Positions 6,886 to 16,230 of a stretch of DNA of 64,000 nucleotides are shown here, in pieces. Position 1 is the first letter of the stretch; each line of letters starts with the position of its first letter. This DNA comes from Clostridiales bacterium. GTDB lineage: Bacteria; Bacillota; Clostridia; Oscillospirales; CAG-272. The position numbers and the translations under genes are program-made. The stretch spans positions 16,523-80,522 of the forward strand of contig JAILLB010000006.1 in the NCBI GenBank assembly GCA_024693345.1, given 5' to 3'. The notes beneath the pieces are model-generated. The model searched no databases. It was given only the letters and a program-made list of their open reading frames with translations, and was not told the origin of the DNA.

Positions 6886-9480
6886 TTAATCACAAATAAG
6901 TTTTCCTTCAGAAGAATCTACAGTTATGACACTTCCAGCCGAGTAGTTATTTCTCAAAATCTGTTCAGCTATCAAAGTCTCAAGATTGCTCTGCAGATAT
7001 CTCTTGAGAGGCCTTGCTCCGTAATTTGAATCATAGGATTTTTCAATAATCAAATCCTTTGCATTATCAGTCACTTTCAGTGTCAGTTGCATATCTTCAA
7101 GTCTCTTCTTAAGGTTATCCAGAAGAATGTCTATGATAGAATACAGGTTCTCCTTAGTCAAAGGCTTGAACATTACAATTCCGTCAAGTCTATTCAAGAA
7201 TTCCGGTCTGAATGTTCTCTTCAGTTCGAGTTCAACTTCTTTCTGTGCTTCTTCAGTGATATTTCCAGTTTCATCAATTCCGTCAAGAAGATATGGTGAG
7301 CCCAGATTACTTGTGAGAATTATTACTGTATTTTTGAAGTCCACAACTCTTCCGTGGCTGTCTGTAAGCCTTCCGTCATCAAGAATCTGAAGGAGGATAT
7401 TAAACACATCAGGATGAGCCTTTTCAACCTCGTCAAACAGAATGACTGAATATGGTTTTCTTCTGACTGCTTCAGTCAGCTGTCCACCCTCGTCAAATCC
7501 AACATAACCGGGAGGAGCTCCTATGAGTCTTGAGACACTGAATTTCTCCATATATTCGGTCATGTCTATTCTTATAAGATTCTTTTCATCGTCAAACAAT
7601 GTCTTTGCCAGAGTTCTGGCAAGTTCTGTTTTTCCGACACCTGTTGGACCGAGGAACATGAATGAGCCAATCGGACGATTCGGATCTGCAATGCCGGCTC
7701 TGGACCTCAAAATAGCCTTTGAAACCATGTCTACCGCTTCGTCCTGACCTATGAGCCTCTTGTGAAGAATCTCAGGCATTGAAAGGAGTTTTTCTCTTTC
7801 ACTCTCGACGAGTTTACTGACAGGAATTCCTGTCCACTTTGACACTATTTCAGCAATCTCATTATCCGTAACAGTGTCTCTTACCATTGAGTTGTTGCCT
7901 CTGTAGGATGCGTTCTTTTTCTCTGCTTCCTGAAGTTTGTTCTGCAGTTCCGGGAGTGTTCCGTAGCGCAATTTGGCCGCCTTTTCATATTCATATGCAG
8001 CCTGTGCACTTTCAATTGCAAGATTTGTCTGTTCTATTTCCTGTTTTATCTTTTTAATCTCATCAGCACTGGATTTTTCGGAATCCCATCTGCTCTTCAT
8101 CTCATTGTACTTATCTCGTTCTTCTGCAAGTTCATTGCGAAGTTTTTCGAGTCTTTCCTGAGACAGGGTGTCGGTCTCCTTTTTGAGTGCCATTTCTTCT
8201 ATTTCAAGCTGAATGATGTGTCTTCTGACTTTGTCTGCTTCTGCAGGCATTGAGTCAATCTCGGTTCTTACTGTAGCACACGCTTCATCTACAAGGTCGA
8301 TGGCCTTGTCAGGAAGAAATCTGTCGCTTATGTACCTGTTACTCATCGTGGCTGCAGCGACTAAAGCATTATCGTGAATTCTTACGCCGTGATAAACCTC
8401 ATATCTCTCTTTGAGACCTCTCAAGATGGATATTGTGTCTTCAACATTTGGTTCTTCCACCAAAACTGGCTGGAAACGTCTCTCAAGTGCTTTATCCTTT
8501 TCAAGATATTTTCTGTACTCGTCAAGAGTTGTGGCGCCGATGCAGTGCAATTCGCCCCTCGCAAGCATAGGCTTGAGGAGGTTGCCTGCATCCATTGAGC
8601 CTTCGGTCTTTCCTGCTCCGACTATGTTGTGTATTTCATCGATGAACAGAATTATCTTGCCATCGCTCTTCTTTACAGCTTCCAGTACAGCTTTGAGCCT
8701 TTCTTCAAATTCTCCTCTGTACTTTGCACCTGCAATCAGTGCCCCCATATCCAGTGAAAAGATTGTTTTATCTTTCAGACCGTCAGGAACATCTCCTCTA
8801 ACTATTCTCTGCGCCAGACCTTCAACAATTGCAGTTTTACCGACACCAGGCTCACCTATGAGCACGGGGTTATTCTTTGTCTTTCTTGAAAGAATAAGAA
8901 TTGTGTGTCTTATCTCTTCATCTCTGCCTATCACCGGATCAAGTTTCTGTTCTCTTGCGTTAGCAACGAGATCTGTTCCGTATTTTGACAGAGCATCATA
9001 TGTCTCTTCAGGATTGTCTGAAGTAACTCTTGCTGTTTTGACTTTTCCTAGTTCTTTTGCAAAATCTGTTTTGTTGATGTTCCATTTTTTGAATATTTCT
9101 TTCAGTTTCTGAGTCGGGTTGTCCAAAAGGGATATCATGAGATGCTCTACAGAAATGAAATCATCTCCGCTCTTTGAACAGGCTTTTTCAGCACCTGAAA
9201 GAACAACATCTGTCTCCTTTGAGATGAGAATTGAATCAGGATCTCTGCCTGCTCCTGAAACTTTTGGCAGATTGTTTACTGCTTTTCTGATGTCATCAAG
9301 CAATGCATTGCATTCAATCCCCATTTTTGTAAACAGTGACGGTATCAGTCCGTTATCCTGAGAAACAAGGTTGTAGAACAAATGCTCAGGCATTATATAC
9401 ATATTTCCGTTTTCTATAGCCATTGTCTGGGCATTTGATAATATCTCTCTGGATTTTTGTGTCAGTTTGTTAACATCCAT
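6886..9480 (-). CDS. clpB: ATP-dependent chaperone/disaggregase ClpB
   Basis: Two AAA+ modules (Walker A GEPGVGKT and GPTGVGKT) with a long coiled-coil middle domain between them. Start moved from the track's TTG (9486) to ATG 9480, 8 nt after AAGGAGG. Confidence 0.95.
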   Translation of the reverse strand: MDVNKLTQKSREILSNAQTMAIENGNMYIMPEHLFYNLVSQDNGLIPSLFTKMGIECNALLDDIRKAVNNLPKVSGAGRDPDSILISKETDVVLSGAEKACSKSGDDFISVEHLMISLLDNPTQKLKEIFKKWNINKTDFAKELGKVKTARVTSDNPEETYDALSKYGTDLVANAREQKLDPVIGRDEEIRHTILILSRKTKNNPVLIGEPGVGKTAIVEGLAQRIVRGDVPDGLKDKTIFSLDMGALIAGAKYRGEFEERLKAVLEAVKKSDGKIILFIDEIHNIVGAGKTEGSMDAGNLLKPMLARGELHCIGATTLDEYRKYLEKDKALERRFQPVLVEEPNVEDTISILRGLKERYEVYHGVRIHDNALVAAATMSNRYISDRFLPDKAIDLVDEACATVRTEIDSMPAEADKVRRHIIQLEIEEMALKKETDTLSQERLEKLRNELAEERDKYNEMKSRWDSEKSSADEIKKIKQEIEQTNLAIESAQAAYEYEKAAKLRYGTLPELQNKLQEAEKKNASYRGNNSMVRDTVTDNEIAEIVSKWTGIPVSKLVESEREKLLSMPEILHKRLIGQDEAVDMVSKAILRSRAGIADPNRPIGSFMFLGPTGVGKTELARTLAKTLFDDEKNLIRIDMTEYMEKFSVSRLIGAPPGYVGFDEGGQLTEAVRRKPYSVILFDEVEKAHPDVFNILLQILDDGRLTDSHGRVVDFKNTVIILTSNLGSPYLLDGIDETGNITEEAQKEVELELKRTFRPEFLNRLDGIVMFKPLTKENLYSIIDILLDNLKKRLEDMQLTLKVTDNAKDLIIEKSYDSNYGARPLKRYLQSNLETLIAEQILRNNYSAGSVITVDSSEGKLICD

Positions 9481-9493
9481 AATCAATGCCTCC

Positions 9494-10132
9494 TTAGATC
9501 AGTATTTTTGCATTTTTGCAAAACATTAAATACTCTTCATTTATATCACTTGCGCTCTTGTTGCCTGCAACATAAGACTTTAGAGAATTATCAAAGAACT
9601 TGACATACTCGGAAATTGCACTTGCCAGTTCATTGGACTGGTAATCCATTACTTCGTTTATTACAATGCTCCTTGAGAATTTTCCATCAATCAAATCATA
9701 CTCATGAACAGTCGGAAGTGTTCTTCCTTCTATAGCTATCCACAGTTTAAAGAATTCAACAAGCAAGTCGAGCAGTTCACTCGACGTTGTTCTGAATTGA
9801 ACATTCAGTTTTCCCACTGCACTCTTATATGTCATGTTGTACAGTTCAACGTCATATCTCATGGTAGGTCGGTATCTGTATTCAAGACAGCTCTTGAGTG
9901 ACATTGACGTCTGGTTCGGAACATAATTCGGAACAATTTCTCCGTTTCCGAAGAAATCATTGATAAGTCCGAAAATATCATTGATTCGCCTTTCAGGAGT
10001 TGTGATTGATGCATGTTCTGCCAGTATCTGGTTAATATAGTTTGACCTGTTGGTCCCGTTTCTGTGCGCCAGAACATCAATCTTTCTTATGACTTCATCA
10101 GACAATATGAGACTGTATAAACTCTTACCCAT
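9494..10132 (-). CDS. Ribbon-helix-helix (CopG/Arc-like) domain protein with uncharacterised about 150-aa C-terminal domain
   Basis: 212 aa. N-terminus LYSLILSDEVIRKIDVLAHRNGTNRSNYINQILAEH fits the strand-helix-turn-helix RHH pattern. Its stop codon overlaps the clpB RBS (TAAGGAGG). RBS AAAGGAAGG. Confidence 0.55.
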   Translation of the reverse strand: MGKSLYSLILSDEVIRKIDVLAHRNGTNRSNYINQILAEHASITTPERRINDIFGLINDFFGNGEIVPNYVPNQTSMSLKSCLEYRYRPTMRYDVELYNMTYKSAVGKLNVQFRTTSSELLDLLVEFFKLWIAIEGRTLPTVHEYDLIDGKFSRSIVINEVMDYQSNELASAISEYVKFFDNSLKSYVAGNKSASDINEEYLMFCKNAKILI

Positions 10133-10156
10133 AATGTCACCTTCCTTTCGCCACTT

Positions 10157-10185
10157 ATGTTACATCAATTTATATAATTTGTCAA
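10157..10185 (-). promoter_or_regulatory. Sigma-70-type promoter for RHH gene-clpB operon
   Basis: Minus strand TTGACA (10185-10180), 17 nt spacer, TAACAT (10162-10157). Confidence 0.6.
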
Positions 10186-10296
10186 TGGTTTTATATAAAA
10201 TTCTTAGCAAATTTTGCAAAATATTTTTGATGTTTTCATAATCAGGATACGTGTGGTATAATTCATTTGTAATACTTGACCGATGAGAGGTGTCAT

Positions 10297-12024
10297 ATGG
10301 AAAGAAAAGCTTATCCGCGTCCTGAACTTGTTAGAAAGAGCTGGACAAATCTAAATGGAAAATGGGACTTTGAATTTGATTTCGGTGCGACCGGAAGAGA
10401 AAGAAAAGTATATGAACAGGAACGTTTCAGCAAAAAAATAAATGTACCCTTCTGCCCTGAATCAAAACTTTCAGGCATCGAGTACAAAGACTTCATAAAC
10501 GCATGTTGGTACAGAAAGACAATAAAAGTCGGAAAACTGGGAACCGACAGACTGCTCATTAACTTTGAAGCAGCATTCTATAAGACATTCCTTTACGTCA
10601 ACGGAAAAGAAGTAGGTTCACATAAAGGTGGATACACTCCATTCTCCTTTGACATTACAGATTTTGTCACAGAAGGCGACAACGTGATCAATGTGTGCTG
10701 CGAAGGCAACTCACGCGACAATATACAGCCTTCAGGAAAACAGTCTCCGAAATACAATTCATACGGCTGCATGTACACAAGGACAACAGGAATATGGCAG
10801 ACAGTATGGCTTGAAAGAGTTCCTGCGGTTTATCTCAAAAAGATATTCATTGACACTGATATAGATTCCAAAGTTGTTACAGCCAGAATTTATACAGAAG
10901 GAACAGGCGAAAGAAAAGTAAGTCTTGTTTCAAAATTCGGTTCAACTGTTCAGGGAAAAGCTTCTGTAACAACCAAATCCTCATTCACAACACTTCAGTT
11001 CAGTTTAAAAGATCTTCATTTGTGGGACATCAAAACACCCGACCTCTATGATTTATCCATAACAATTGAATCTGAATACGGCAAAGACAGTGTAACCTCA
11101 TATTTTGGAATGAGAAAAGTTGAAATTGACGGAACACAGCTCAAACTCAACGGAAAGAATATCTTCATGAAACTTGTTCTCGATCAGGGATTCTATCCGG
11201 ACGGAGTTTACACAGCACCAACCGACGAGGCACTCCTCAATGACATTCTTCTCTCACAAAGATTTGGTTTTAATGGCGCTAGACTCCATGAAAAGGTGTT
11301 TGAGAGAAGGTTCATTTACGAAGCAGATAAACACGGTTATCTGGTGTGGGGCGAATATCCGAACTGGGGATTCGATCCTTCACAGGATGCTGGAGTTCAG
11401 ATCTATCTTCCCGAGTGGATGGAATCTGTTGAGAGAGACTACAACCATCCGTCTATCATAGGATGGTGTCCGTTCAACGAAACCTGGGATGTGGGCGGAA
11501 GAAGACAGAACAATGAACTGCTCAGAAGAATATATCTTGAAACCAAACGATTTGATTCTTCAAGACCAGTAATTGACACAAGCGGCAACTATCACGTGGT
11601 TACCGATATCTTTGATATTCACGATTACAACCAGAACGAAGTTTTCCTGCACGAGAGATATAAGGATTTCAATGAAAACGAAGTCTTTGTAAACTATACT
11701 GACAGACAGGCATACACTGACGGACTTCCGTACTTTCTCTCAGAATACGGCGGCATCAAGTGGACAGGAAAAGACGATCAGGGATGGGGATACGGAAATG
11801 CACCCAAGACCCTTGAGGAATTCGAGAAGAGATATGTGGGAATGATTGATGCATTCCTTGCAAATCCGAGAATGTGCGGTATTTGTTATACACAGCTCTA
11901 CGATGTTGAACAGGAACGCAACGGTCTGTATTACTACGACAGAACTCCTAAGTTCAGCGAAGAAATGATGGACAGAATGAAAAAGGCCATGGAAGCGCCT
12001 GCAGCAATAGAAAAACTGAAATAA
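10297..12024 (+). CDS. Glycoside hydrolase family 2 (beta-galactosidase/beta-glucuronidase-like)
   Basis: GH2 three-domain layout. NHPSIIGWCPFNE (acid/base region) and FLSEYGG (nucleophile region). Start moved from the track's TTG 10276 to ATG 10297 behind GAGAGG. Confidence 0.8.
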   Translation: MERKAYPRPELVRKSWTNLNGKWDFEFDFGATGRERKVYEQERFSKKINVPFCPESKLSGIEYKDFINACWYRKTIKVGKLGTDRLLINFEAAFYKTFLYVNGKEVGSHKGGYTPFSFDITDFVTEGDNVINVCCEGNSRDNIQPSGKQSPKYNSYGCMYTRTTGIWQTVWLERVPAVYLKKIFIDTDIDSKVVTARIYTEGTGERKVSLVSKFGSTVQGKASVTTKSSFTTLQFSLKDLHLWDIKTPDLYDLSITIESEYGKDSVTSYFGMRKVEIDGTQLKLNGKNIFMKLVLDQGFYPDGVYTAPTDEALLNDILLSQRFGFNGARLHEKVFERRFIYEADKHGYLVWGEYPNWGFDPSQDAGVQIYLPEWMESVERDYNHPSIIGWCPFNETWDVGGRRQNNELLRRIYLETKRFDSSRPVIDTSGNYHVVTDIFDIHDYNQNEVFLHERYKDFNENEVFVNYTDRQAYTDGLPYFLSEYGGIKWTGKDDQGWGYGNAPKTLEEFEKRYVGMIDAFLANPRMCGICYTQLYDVEQERNGLYYYDRTPKFSEEMMDRMKKAMEAPAAIEKLK

Positions 12025-12033
12025 GAACTAAAA

Positions 12034-12074
12034 TACCCCGTATGAGCCAATCGGTTCATATGGGGTATGTTTCT
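12034..12074 (+). terminator. Rho-independent terminator after GH2 gene
   Basis: 15-bp stem TACCCCGTATGAGCC/GGTTCATATGGGGTA (two G-U pairs) then TGTTTCT. The right arm overlaps the 3' end of the convergent VanZ gene. Confidence 0.6.
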
Positions 12075-12577
12075 ACTTGGATATCTTCTTTTTTGTCTCT
12101 TTTCTTCTGAGCAATTGCAAATATTATAAGTATTATTGCCGTTGCCAGAAGTGCACCCGAAGAGTCTATTCCTACATCTACGGGAGATGCAAACCTGTCT
12201 GAGACAAACGACTGATGAAATTCATCCGTCACGGCATACAGACTGCAGAAAGCAAGAGATATTCCGGAAAGTGCAACTCTGTTCAGTCTGATTGTGTACA
12301 TGAACAATGTAACAAATACGCTGAGTACAAAGTACTCTGAGAAGTGACCGCCCTTCCTGATGATAAGACTGACAGTATCAAGTGCCTCTTCAGGATTCTC
12401 AAACTTAACCTTGAATACGTTTTCAATTGTATCCACGACAAATTTCGTCAGTCCGTCACTCAGGCCTCCGGATTCATCACCGTTCTGGGATGACATGAAG
12501 AAAATAACAGCCATCATTGCAAGTGCAAGAATGCCGAAAACTATTCTTTTTGCCACCACATGTTTTTGGTTGTACAT
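12056..12577 (-). CDS. VanZ family membrane protein
   Basis: 173 aa. KGGHFSEYFVLSVF and TDEFHQSFVSDRFASPVDVGIDSSGALLA are typical VanZ-like motifs. Confidence 0.8.
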   Translation of the reverse strand: MYNQKHVVAKRIVFGILALAMMAVIFFMSSQNGDESGGLSDGLTKFVVDTIENVFKVKFENPEEALDTVSLIIRKGGHFSEYFVLSVFVTLFMYTIRLNRVALSGISLAFCSLYAVTDEFHQSFVSDRFASPVDVGIDSSGALLATAIILIIFAIAQKKRDKKEDIQVETYPI

Positions 12578-12775
12578 CCTTCATTCCTTCCTCTATTTTT
12601 ATATCTGTTTGTTTAGCGTACCACATTTACAGAGCCAATTCAATATTTTTCTTGAAAACCTTTCCTGAATTGTGTAACGTAACAATTTTGCATAAATCAA
12701 CATTCCGCATTGATTTGACTTTGTCCTCATATTATGCAATAATTAATTGCTAACAATAATTGATAGGGATAAATA

Positions 12776-14491
12776 ATGAAAATTTTACTCACTCACATGA
12801 AAAAGTACAGGGTCGAAAGTATCCTGGCTCCGTTGTTCAAGCTGATTGAAGCACTTCTCGACCTGCTCGTTCCTTTCGTAATTGCATCGATTATCGACAA
12901 CGGTGTACTACAATCGGATAAGTCCTTTGTCATCAGGTATTGCATACTTCTGGTGGGAATAGCACTGATAGGACTTGCGTTTTCCGTTACAGCGCAGTAC
13001 TTTGCCGCAAAGTCAGCAGTAGGTGTTTCATCTTCACTCAGACGTGCTCTGTATACCAAGATTCAGTCGTTGTCATATACCGAACTCGACAAAGCCGGAA
13101 CGTCAACGCTCATAACAAGACTTACTTCGGATACACAGTCGGTACAGTCGGGCATCAATATGGCGCTGAGACTGTTTCTGCGTTCTCCGTTTATAGTCAT
13201 AGGAGCAGTAGTGTGCTCATATCTGATAGATGTCAAGACAGGTCTCATTTTTACGGGCGGTCTCGTAGTGCTTTCGGTTGTAGTATTCATACTGACAAAG
13301 AAAACCATACCTCTCTACGTAAAGACACAGGGAAACCTGGACAATGTTCTCTCAACAACAAGGGAGAGTCTTTCGGGAATCAGGGTTATAAGGGCATACT
13401 GCAACGAAGCAAACATAAATGAGGAATTCAACAGGAATAACAACCTGCTGAACAAGATTCAGATTTTCTCCGGAAAGATATCCGCGATAATGAATCCCCT
13501 GACATATCTCCTGATAAATATAGTGCTGATAATCATGATCAGGTCAAATGCAATTTCAGTCGACAATGACATACTTACTCAGGGTCAGGTCATAGCGCTC
13601 TACAACTACCTTTCACAGATTCTTGTTGAACTTATAAAGTTCGCAAACCTCATAATAACCACATCAAAAGGCATAGCCGCATCAAAGAGGATTTCGGAAA
13701 TACTCAGGGCAGAAGACTCTGATCCGGATATTGACTCCGACATAGTTCCCGAAGACGGAAGCGTCAGATTCAGCAACGTATCTCTTACATATTTCGGAGC
13801 CGGTGCTCCTTCCCTTCAGGATATAGACCTGTATATACCTTCCGGCACCAAAGTCGGTGTGATAGGCGGTACGGGCTCGGGTAAGACTTCTCTTGTGAAT
13901 ATGATTCCTGGCTTCTACAAGGCAAGTGAAGGCGATGTCTTCGTAGGCAACCACAACGTAAAGGAAATGTCACGCAAAAACCTCAGGGATGCAATAGGAA
14001 TCGTTCCACAGCATGCCCAGGTGTTCTCCGGAACAATCAGGGACAACATCCTCAGGGGAAATGAGAATGCCACGGAAGAAGAAATCAACGATGCACTGAA
14101 ATTTGCCAGTGCATATGATATAGTAGTCAAAAAAGGCGGTCTTGACACGGTACTCAGCGAAGGCGGTTCAGATCTTTCGGGAGGCCAGAAACAAAGGCTC
14201 ACAATTGCACGTGCGGCTGTCAGAAAGCCAAAGATACTTATTCTTGACGACTCGGCTTCTGCCCTCGATTTTGCCACTGAAAAGAACCTCAGAGGCCAGA
14301 TAAACAGCCTGAAGGATACGACGGCATTCATAGTCAGCCAGAGGATATCTTCCGTTATGCATCTTGACAGAATTATAGTCATAGATGACGGAAAGATCTG
14401 CGGATTCGGAACACATGACGAGCTCATTTCATCATGTCCCGTTTACAGGGAGATTTACGAATCCCAGATAGAAACGGAGGTACAGGCATGA
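12776..14491 (+). CDS. ABC exporter, fused permease/ATPase subunit (heterodimer partner 1)
   Basis: 571 aa. N-terminal 6-TM domain, Walker A GGTGSGKTS, signature LSGGQKQR, Walker B ILILDD. Confidence 0.9.
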   Translation: MKILLTHMKKYRVESILAPLFKLIEALLDLLVPFVIASIIDNGVLQSDKSFVIRYCILLVGIALIGLAFSVTAQYFAAKSAVGVSSSLRRALYTKIQSLSYTELDKAGTSTLITRLTSDTQSVQSGINMALRLFLRSPFIVIGAVVCSYLIDVKTGLIFTGGLVVLSVVVFILTKKTIPLYVKTQGNLDNVLSTTRESLSGIRVIRAYCNEANINEEFNRNNNLLNKIQIFSGKISAIMNPLTYLLINIVLIIMIRSNAISVDNDILTQGQVIALYNYLSQILVELIKFANLIITTSKGIAASKRISEILRAEDSDPDIDSDIVPEDGSVRFSNVSLTYFGAGAPSLQDIDLYIPSGTKVGVIGGTGSGKTSLVNMIPGFYKASEGDVFVGNHNVKEMSRKNLRDAIGIVPQHAQVFSGTIRDNILRGNENATEEEINDALKFASAYDIVVKKGGLDTVLSEGGSDLSGGQKQRLTIARAAVRKPKILILDDSASALDFATEKNLRGQINSLKDTTAFIVSQRISSVMHLDRIIVIDDGKICGFGTHDELISSCPVYREIYESQIETEVQA

Positions 14492-16218
14492 AAAAGCAAA
14501 CCACCGTTTCAAGAATTCTTAAATCAGTCTGCAGACAGAGATCCACATTTGTATTTGTGATTCTCTGCACGGTTCTCTACTCAGTACTTGACCTGCTTCT
14601 TCCTATTCTCATAGGACAGGCAATAGATACCCTTATAGGAGCAGGAAAAGTAGATTTTGAAGCACTGTTCGTGATACTCGCCAAAATAGCGATTATTATC
14701 ACGGCAACTGCGTGTCTTCAGTATTTCTCAAGCACTCTTTCAAACAGAATTTCATACAATACTGTAAAAGAAATAAGGAAAGAGGCTTTCGAACACATTT
14801 CAAATCTCCCGATTTCCTATGTTGATTCACACAAACAGGGAGACCTTGTCAGCAGGATAGTTTCCGATGCATCGGTTCTCTCAGACGGACTCATTATTAT
14901 AATGACGTCATTCGTTCCGGGCATAATCACGATTATCGGAACACTCATATTCATGCTCACGCTCTCACCTCTTACAGGTGCAGTCGTAATAGTTCTCACA
15001 CCTCTGTCAATCCTGCTTGCAAACTTCATTTCAAGCAGAACACACAAGATGTTCAAGAAATCATCGGGAATTCTCGGTGAAGAGACAGCATATGTGAATG
15101 AGATGATTGTACGCCAGAAAGTGACTGATGCATTCAGCAATGAAGACAGGTCAATGAAGGAGCTGGAAGAAATCGACGACAGATACAAGAAATCCAATCT
15201 GCTTGCCATATTCTTCTCTTCACTGGTAAATCCTTCAACAAGGTTTATAAACTCCACAATCTATGCTATCGCTGCCCTGATCGGTTCATTCTCGGTTATA
15301 GGCGGAGCTCTCACTGTCGGCGGACTGTCAAGCTTCCTCGCATATGCAAATCAGTACGGCAAGCCATTCAACAACATTACAAGCGTAATGTCAGAAATGC
15401 AGAGTTCAATTGCTTGTGCCGAAAGACTTTTTGAAATTATAGACGAACCGAGTCAGTCACCGGATGACAGTTCCGAGACTGCAAGGGACAACGGCGAGGT
15501 TGTTTTTGACCATGTATATTTCTCATATGTCAAGGACAAGCCTCTCATTCAGGACTTCGACTTCTCCGTATATAAAGGCAAACACATTGCACTTGTAGGT
15601 CCTACGGGATGCGGCAAGACGACAATTATCAACCTGCTTCTGAGGTTCTATGAAACCGACAGCGGCACAATAAAACTCGGTGATGCGGACATCACCAAAA
15701 TGCCAAGGTCGGATCTGAGAAACAACTGCACCATGGTACTTCAGGAAACATGGCTGAAGTCCGGCACAATTGCTGACAACATCAGGTTCGGCAACAACGA
15801 AGCTACGGAAGAGGACGTCATAAATGCAGCAAAGGCAGCATGTGCAGACTCATTTATCCAGAGACTTCCGGATAAATACAACACCGTGATTTCCAATGAG
15901 TCAGGCAATCTCTCAGAAGGTGAAAGACAGCTTCTGTGCATCGCAAGGGCGATGCTGCACCAGTCTTCAATCCTTATTCTCGATGAGGCAACTTCATCAA
16001 TAGACACAAGAACCGAAGTACTCATAGGAAAAGCATTTGACACTCTCACGTCAGGCAGGACGAGTATCATAGTGGCACACAGGCTTTCAACCATTAAGAA
16101 TGCTGATGCAATCATAGTGATGAAAGCAGGAATAATAATTGAAAAAGGCAATCATGAAGAATTGATTTCACTCGGAGGACTGTACGCAGAACTGTACAGA
16201 AGCCAGTTCGAGAAATAA
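14488..16218 (+). CDS. ABC exporter, fused permease/ATPase subunit (heterodimer partner 2)
   Basis: Start set to ATG 14488 (MKKQTTVSRILK), which overlaps the upstream TGA as ATGA. Walker A GPTGCGKTT, signature LSEGERQL, Walker B ILILDE. Confidence 0.9.
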   Translation: MKKQTTVSRILKSVCRQRSTFVFVILCTVLYSVLDLLLPILIGQAIDTLIGAGKVDFEALFVILAKIAIIITATACLQYFSSTLSNRISYNTVKEIRKEAFEHISNLPISYVDSHKQGDLVSRIVSDASVLSDGLIIIMTSFVPGIITIIGTLIFMLTLSPLTGAVVIVLTPLSILLANFISSRTHKMFKKSSGILGEETAYVNEMIVRQKVTDAFSNEDRSMKELEEIDDRYKKSNLLAIFFSSLVNPSTRFINSTIYAIAALIGSFSVIGGALTVGGLSSFLAYANQYGKPFNNITSVMSEMQSSIACAERLFEIIDEPSQSPDDSSETARDNGEVVFDHVYFSYVKDKPLIQDFDFSVYKGKHIALVGPTGCGKTTIINLLLRFYETDSGTIKLGDADITKMPRSDLRNNCTMVLQETWLKSGTIADNIRFGNNEATEEDVINAAKAACADSFIQRLPDKYNTVISNESGNLSEGERQLLCIARAMLHQSSILILDEATSSIDTRTEVLIGKAFDTLTSGRTSIIVAHRLSTIKNADAIIVMKAGIIIEKGNHEELISLGGLYAELYRSQFEK

Positions 16219-16230
16219 GGAGATGATTAT

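Noticed and set aside
8411-9112. 233-aa plus-strand ORF (and several 60-90-aa ORFs) antisense to clpB
   Set aside because: Ser/Leu/Phe-rich low-complexity translation, typical of the antisense frame of a highly expressed gene. No RBS. clpB occupies the locus with unmistakable AAA+ motifs.
10133-10275. Looked for CIRCE (TTAGCACTC-N9-GAGTGCTAA) or CtsR (GGTCAAA direct repeat) operators upstream of the RHH-clpB operon
   Set aside because: Only a partial TTAGCA is present and there is no GGTCAAA repeat. A proper matrix scan would be needed to be certain.
12940-14427. Alternative-frame ORFs of 160-170 aa within the first ABC exporter gene (12940-13422 +, 13915-14427 -)
   Set aside because: They are embedded in a gene with complete Walker A, signature and Walker B motifs. 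Their composition is Arg/Ser-rich shadow-frame composition.
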